Shown piece by piece: positions 59,415 to 64,000 of a DNA stretch of 64,000 nucleotides. Both the position numbers and the translations under genes were made by a program. Numbering within the stretch: position 1 is the stretch's first letter; each line of letters opens with the position of its first letter. The stretch lies in NCBI GenBank assembly GCA_051362555.1, contig CM120643.1:22324848-22388847 (forward strand), written 5' to 3'. Origin of the DNA: Lingula anatina (taxonomy: Eukaryota > Animalia > Brachiopoda). The notes beneath the pieces were generated by a model that saw nothing but the letters and a program-made list of their open reading frames with translations, was not told the origin of the DNA and searched no databases.

Positions 59415-59497
59415 TTCGGCACCTATCTGAAAGCGGAAGTTGCTGGGCACCTGTCAACCTGCGGACTTCCTGCACATGCTCAGAACGAGCATCCAGC
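59415..59497. promoter_or_regulatory. Bidirectional promoter between AGXT2 and ENTR1 (83 bp ATG-to-ATG)
   Basis: Divergent ATGs at 59414 and 59498; ETS/GABP-like sites CGGAAGT (about 59434) and ACTTCCTG (about 59466); CpG-rich. Confidence 0.75.
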
Positions 59498-61293
59498 ATG
59501 GCGGAAGGAGGCAAGGACGACGAAGACAATCCCTTTTCATTTAAGAAATTCGTGAAGAAATCTAAAGCAGGGAGCTCTAGAAATAATCCTAGAGGCCATG
59601 ACGAGGAGGACTTCGATATATTTGATGTTCCCGATGTCCCTTTATCTACCGAAAGTCATAAAAGCAAGAAAAATCAACATGTTGGTGGGTGGACCTGAAA
59701 AGTGAAATTCACAACATTGTATTTTTAAACTGATCAGCTGACTATGTGTACACTATTTGATAAACTTTGATGACAGTCAGTTTTATTTAAGTCATTGATG
59801 TGAAATGTCCCCTTGATATACTAACGGCGTTATACTTTAATATATTTAATTGTCGATTGATTATTATGATTATTTCAATTTTGTGGAATATCCATCATAA
59901 CTAAGACGATGATGTTCCCTTTTTATTTTTGAGAGAATTTTCGTACAAGAATAAATACTTAATTTCATGAGTTATGAAAGAATGAGATATCGACATAAGG
60001 TACTTTTATTTGAAAGTTTTATCATTTTTCAAGATCTGAATTGGGGAAAAATAAGTAGCTTTGTAGGATATGTGGTCAAAGGTAATGTGGCTACGGGCAT
60101 TTTCAGACGTGCATATAGTATATCTTTAAGTATTGTGTAGATTATAAAGAAAGTTGGTTTGTTATGTTACAGAAAAAACATATATATTTTACTTTGAAGT
60201 GCATACTTGTGGTCCAGTATGTATTTAGGAGGCAGACCATATCATACAGTTACTTTTTTCTTATGTTTTATGTTTGTTTGTTTTTTACTGGAAATGTTTT
60301 AAATTTTTCAGATAAAACAAAGAAAAAAGATGATGAGGGAAACCCATTTTCCTTCAAGAAATTCCTTCAGGGTCAGAGTTCATCCTCAAGGCCAAATACA
60401 CGGAGTGACTCAAGTGGAAACTTTAGTTCAGTGCCACCAGATGTCGCTAGCGATTTACCAGACTTTGTGCAGGATCAATTTGATAGACAGAGATTAAGAG
60501 ACAGACCTGGCAGGGACTTAGAGTTACCAGACTTTGCCTTGGATACCAGTGTGACAAATGCTATTAATTTACCTAGTCCTAATATAGACCACGGCAGTGG
60601 CACTAACAGTAATCCAACAATCCCATTGGATATAGATCCAGTTATTCCATTGGATATAAATCCACCAATAGACAGGGTTCCAGTCAATGGACATGTGCAT
60701 GCTGCAGAGACAGGTGCCTCAGGGGGCATAAGTAATGACTTAATTTTGGGAAATTCTCCCAGAAAAGCTGCTTTACCAGACTTCTTATCGGACAGTGCTC
60801 TTGGTGGAAGCCCCCCATTTGGTGGGGACTGGACTACAGAAGGCTTACCCAATGGAGACAGTATAGCATATCATGTTACTAGTGGAAGTCTAGAGTTAGA
60901 AGTTAGGAGGGTGGGTAACTCTCTCAAAGTTTTGGATTTATTATAATAGATATTGAATTCAGAAATTGGAATTTTAGAACTTTAAGTGAAAAAGATACAG
61001 CAGTGGTAGAGTCATGAATGAAAATTGCTCACTGTGCCTGATTTTTTATGTGCTTAAAGCCTGCCTCACATTTGAACAGCTTTAGCTTGCATTTTAGATA
61101 ATACTGCTGAAATCTAGGATGTATGCTTTTGATGAACTTTAAGATTTTCTTTTGTTGTTGCTTTAACACTTGCTCTTGTTGTAGTTTTGTCACATGTCAT
61201 ATCTTCAATTTGTTTTCAGCTCCAACAGGAGAATGCTGCTCTCAGACAACAACTGGAGGATGCCAGACAACAGGCAGAGGTTGAGTCAAGAAG
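59498..61293 (+). CDS. ENTR1: Endosome-associated trafficking regulator 1 (SDCCAG3)-like, first three exons (59498-59684, 60312-60910, 61220-61293); continues past the window
   Basis: Two NPFSFKKF motifs, a disordered region, then coiled coil LQQENAALRQQLEDAR; canonical splice sites, phases 1, 0, 2. Confidence 0.75.
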
Positions 61294-61299
61294 GTAATC

Positions 61300-62360
61300 A
61301 TTTTTATGTACAGACACAGATGTGTCTGTACATATAGCCATCATCTGCGTCTGTCGTCGCCGCCGTCGCCGTCGTCGCCGTCGCCGTCGCCGTGCACATT
61401 TACCGATAACACGATAAGTGGAAAACTGTTTTTTCTTTTGGCTTGAAACTTACAGAACTAATGAATATTCATAATACGCAGGTCAAGTTCGAAAATCAGC
61501 ATGATCGGGTCACTTATAGGGAATTTATGCTGTTTTTTCACTTTTTTCAGCATAAATGAAGCAACGATAACACGATAAGTGGAAAACTGTTTTACTTTTT
61601 GGCTTGAAACTTACAGAACTGATGAATATTCATAATACGCAGGTCAAGTTCGAAAATCAGCGTGATTGGGTCATTTTTAATGAATTTAGGCTATTTTTTC
61701 TCTTTTTTCAGCATAAATGCAGCACCGATAACATGATAAGTGGAAAACCATTTTACTTTTTGGCTTGAAACTTACAGAACTGATAAATATTCATAATACG
61801 CAGGTCAAGTTCGAAAATCGGCATGATTGGGTCATTTTTTTGTGAATTTAGGCTATTTTTTCTCTTTTTTCAGCATATATATACAGCACCGATAACACGA
61901 TAACTGGAATACCGTTTTGGCTTTTGGCTTGAAACTTAGAGAACTGATAAATATTTATAATACGCAGGTCAAGTTCGAAAATCAGCATGATCGGGTGACT
62001 TGTAGGGAAGTTATGCTGTTTTTTTTTATACTTTTTTCAGCATATATGCAGCACCGATAACACAATAAGTGGAAAACAGCTTTACTTTTTGGCTTCAAAC
62101 TTACAAAACTGATGAAGATTCATAATCCGCAGATCAAGTTCAAAAATCAGCATGGTCAAGCCATTTTTAGGGGAGTTATGCTATTTTTTCACTTTTTTCA
62201 ACATATATGCAACACTGATAACACTATATAAGAAAAACAGATAGGCCAATTGTCATTATACTTACAGGAGTGGTCAATCTTACTAAAATGCAGGTTGAGT
62301 TGGAAAATCAGCATAATCTGGCCATTATTTTAGAAGTTATGCTGTTTTTTCACATTTCCT
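61300..62360 (+). mobile_element. Non-autonomous Helentron/DINE-1-like element with about 160-165-bp tandem array (about 6 units)
   Basis: T-run, hairpin TGTACAGACAC-agat-GTGTCTGTACA, (GTCGCC)n microsatellite, then units starting near 61405, 61566, 61726, 61890, 62056 and 62217. Confidence 0.75.
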
Positions 62361-62719
62361 CAGATTCAATTTTTTAAGCATGTTAACAGTCTCATTATTT
62401 AACTAATAAGATACGTAAAAGTGTTTGTTTGATATTTCCTGCATCTTTACAACATTGTTAGTTGATTATGTAAAAATGATGGTAAACTTGATATCATGTA
62501 TTGTGTAATAAAGTGTCAAAAATGGAAATAAACTCATATCATATCATATTGCAGTTTGTTAGATTCAATCATCAACTATGTTCAGAATCTCAGAATGGAG
62601 GAAATTGGACATTTAACACTGTTCTATTGATATTTTTCCCATCTCATCAATTTTCTTAGTTGGTCATATAAAAATGGAAGTATACTGTTTATTTTGTTTT
62701 GTTTAAAAAGTGTTAAAAT

Positions 62720-64000
62720 GGAAATAAACCCATTTCAGAACAGTGCTGTCTTTTTTACAGTTTGGCATTTTTAAGATGTGACTTTGAAGTTCCATGAGCC
62801 TGCAGATCTTTGCTAGTCACATTTTCTGAATATCCATGATACTAATATTTTATGATTAAAAATTGATGGTCATTATGCTGTAAAACATTATGTAATATTG
62901 CATCAAAATTTGAAGAAACCCCTATTTTGGGCACTGCTCCCATGATGACCATTTAAGGAAAGTCATGTCACTTACTGTTTTCAAACTTACAGGAAAGAAA
63001 CATGGGACTAAAATACAGCTTCAGTAGGCAATGCAGTCTGTTTGGTAAATTTTTCTGGTAGTAAAGCAGTTTTTTTTGTAAAAATTTAATTTTTCACATA
63101 TTGGCATTTTCAATGTATGACTTTGAAGTTCCATGATCCTGAAGACTTTTGCTTGTCACATTTTCTGAATATGCGTTATACTAATATTTTATAATTAAAA
63201 ATTGATGGTCATTATGCTGTTAAACATTATGTAATGTTGCATCAAAATTTGAAGAAACCCCTGTTTTGGGCACTGCTCCCATGATGACCATTTAAGGAAA
63301 ATCGTGTCAATTACTGTTCTCAAACTTACAGGAAAGAAACATGGGTCTAAAATACAGCTTCAGTAGGCAATGCAGTCTGTTTGGTAAATTTTTCTGGCAA
63401 TTAAACAGTTTTTTGTGAAAATGTAATTTTTCACATATTGGCATTTCCAAGGTGTGACTTGGAACCTCCACGGGCTTGAAGACCCATGCTAGTCACATTT
63501 TCTGAAAATTCATGACACTTATATTTTATTATTAAAAATCGATGGTCATTATGCCGTTAAGCATTATGTAATGTTGCATCAAAATAGAAGAAAACACAAT
63601 TTTGGGTGCTGCTGCCTTGATGACCATTATGGGAAAACTGTGTTACTTATGACTGTCAAACTTTCAAAAAAGAAACACAGGACTAAAATGCAGCCTGAGT
63701 TGGAAAAGCAGTCTAATTGGCTTCTTTTTCTGGAAGCTATACATTTTAGTGTAATATTCATTATCTTTTTGGCATATTCATTGTGGGACTCAGAGCTCCC
63801 ATGAACATGAAGCCGAATGGTAATCATATTTTCTACATGTCCATCCTATTTATAGTCAATAAACAAAAATTGGTGATAATTATTCTCTAATTTATTATGT
63901 AATGTTACATCAAAATTGACAACAATCTTTTTGCACTGCTACTGCAAACATTATGAAAAGAAAACTGTGCTACTTATTATCATTTTTAACTTACAAGTAC
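62720..64000. repeat. Tandem satellite with about 335-340-bp period (about 4 units)
   Basis: tggcattt...tgactttgaagttccatga recurs near 62762, 63101, 63439 and 63770, with divergence increasing rightward. Confidence 0.85.

Noticed and set aside
60475-60852. 125-aa minus-strand ORF
   Set aside because: Antisense to ENTR1 exon 2.

Overview
AT-rich, intron-rich animal DNA, most consistent with a marine invertebrate such as a mollusc (inferred from the TE repertoire and gene content). There are two halves. (1) About 1-32.3 kb is a dense mosaic of broken mobile elements: BEL/Pao, hAT, Sola2-like plus OTU, ISL2EU/Harbinger DDE, four YqaJ-exonuclease fragments, EnSpm-like DUF4806, L1/Tx1, DIRS/Ngaro, a Gypsy family with LTRs and accessory ORFs, and a decayed Polinton/adintovirus (pPolB, packaging ATPase, BACK-domain cargo). 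Essentially all of these are encoded on the minus strand. They lie downstream of the last two + strand exons of a D-cysteine desulfhydrase-like gene, an arrangement resembling a uni-strand piRNA cluster. The viral pPolB carries a GT-AG spliceosomal intron inside polymerase motif B. (2) About 32.5-64 kb is ordinary gene territory: a membrane-anchored ML-domain gene, CHTF8, a candidate orphan Pro/Arg-rich two-exon gene behind a CRE array, 14-exon AGXT2 head-to-head with ENTR1/SDCCAG3, several MITEs with 5-bp TSDs, and a Helentron-like element with satellite arrays. All calls come from manual translation and motif recognition; no database searches were run.
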